A stretch of 63,876 bases of DNA, counting the filler, from Octopus bimaculoides (lineage: Eukaryota), in NCBI RefSeq assembly GCF_001194135.2. It is 11 parts of 10 records of this genome, joined end to end, with 100 filler letters (N's around TTAATTAATTAA, not from the genome) between each part and the next. Parts side by side here need not be neighbours in the genome. Positions count along the whole stretch, not along the records: positions 62,340 to 63,876 come from NW_026324785.1; 10 more parts are not named here. One strand, written 5' to 3'. The notes under the pieces are model-generated. The model worked only from the letters and a program-made list of their open reading frames with translations, had not been told where the DNA came from and searched no databases. The stretch's first letter is position 1, and the number at the start of each line of letters is the position of its first letter. Positions 62,240 to 63,876 of this stretch are shown here, in pieces. The position numbers and the translations under genes are program-made.

Positions 62240-63876
62240 NNNNNNNNNNNNNNNNNNNNNNNNNNNNNNNNNNNNNNNNNNNNTTAATTAATTAANNNNN
62301 NNNNNNNNNNNNNNNNNNNNNNNNNNNNNNNNNNNNNNNCTTTGTATACTTTACCCCAGTGTCACTTTGATGGCATGCACTGCTCTCTCGATGATGACGA
62401 TAATCCTTTCTACTACAGGGACAAGGCTTGAAATTTGTGGGGAGGGGACTAGTTGATTACATTTACCCTACTGTTTCATTGGTACTTAATTTATTAACCC
62501 TCAAAGGATGAAAGGCAACGTCAACCTCAATTTGAATTTGAATTCAGAACATAAAGGCAGACAAGATGCCACTAAGCATTTTGTCCATTATGCTAATGAT
62601 TCTGGCAACTCACTGCCTTAATAATAATAATAATAACTATGATGATTTCAAATTTTGGAACAAGGTCAAGAGTTTTAGAGAAAGGCAAACCATTTATATC
62701 AACCCCAGAGTACAGCTGGTACTTATCCTATTGATCCTGAAAGAATGAAAGGCAAAGTTGACCCTGGCAGACCCTGGCATATAATAATAATGTGTAACAT
62801 ATAGAAGATTGCAATGCTATGCACCACACACGCATTATGTAGAACACTTTCAATTCAGTAAAAGATAATAAAACCAAAGCAAAACACTCTGCATACCCAT
62901 GGCATACAGCTGCATTCAATAGTGCAGTGAAAGCACATAGCAAAAAGGAGACTACTAGAAAACAATAAGAACAATAGTAATAGTAATAGTCATTTTGAAA
63001 ACTATGGGATGCAACATGTCTCATTTTAAATAGATAAAAGGCAGATATGCTCAGTAATAAAACTATGTAAACAAATAAAGGTGAATTTTGATTTGTGAGT
63101 CTCAGGTGATCATAATGTGAAGGAAGCTTTAGCACATGTCCAGAGATGGTGTTCTGCCAAAAAGTTAACATCAAACAGACAGACTCTTAATGTCACTGCC
63201 CAAGCAAAAAACAAAACCAAAAGAAAATGGTGGACAAATGACAACTACATTGAAGTACTATATGCATTCTGCACTGCAAATCTATATCCGAAACACACAG
63301 GGATAATAAAACAAGCATGAAATACCAAGAAGAAGAAATACTGATATAAGGAACACAACTTGCACTATCCACACAGTGCACAATACAAACACTAATACAA
63401 CGAAAGACTGCAATTAGACCCATAACAAAACAAANNNNNNNNNNCAAACACTAATACAACGAAAGACTGCAATTAGACCCATAACAAAACAAACTAATGC
63501 AGTACAATATCAGGAAGGGTTTGCACTCCCCCCAAAAAGAACACACAATGCTACACACACCCCAGCAACATCGAGGTGTAACAGGTGATGCAGTAGAAAT
63601 TTGCCTGATACTAAGGCACAAGGCCTTGAAAATTTTTGGAGGAAGTGGAGCTAGTTGATTACATTGACATCAGTGCGTAACTGGTACTTATTTCATGGAC
63701 TCCGAAAGGATGAAAGGCAAAGGCAAAGTCAACCTCAGTGGAATTTGAACTCAGAATGTAGTGGCAGACAAAATACTGCTAAGCATTTCACCTGGCGTGC
63801 TAACAATTCTGCCAGCTCGCCACCTTCATAATAATAATAATAATAGTAGTAATAATAATAATAATAATAATAATAA

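Overview
This is AT-rich, microsatellite-dense, gapped eukaryotic DNA. The SINE and RTE-tail families look like those of octopus or another coleoid cephalopod; that assignment is inferred from remembered repeat consensus, not from a search. Ten 100-bp gaps carrying a TTAATTAATTAA linker mark artificial contig joins, so long-range order is uncertain. Two host genes can be supported, both on the minus strand. (1) A complete 2107-aa Nipped-B-like/Scc2 cohesin-loader CDS in one uninterrupted 6.3-kb exon (18585..12262), although orthologues are highly intron-rich; this looks like a retrogene or a wholesale intron loss. (2) The first three coding exons of an LRRC71 orthologue (41485..37304), reconstructed by hand from phase-compatible GT-AG junctions, with a candidate RFX X-box promoter near 46.5 kb. 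The rest is mostly repeats: several tRNA-derived SINE families, RTE 3' tails, R4/Dong-like LINE fragments, a Penelope GIY-YIG remnant, maT/mariner remnants, a gypsy integrase remnant and MITE-like foldbacks. There are also several Penelope-type minimal hammerhead ribozyme motifs, including an 87-nt palindrome made of two inverted hammerhead copies.
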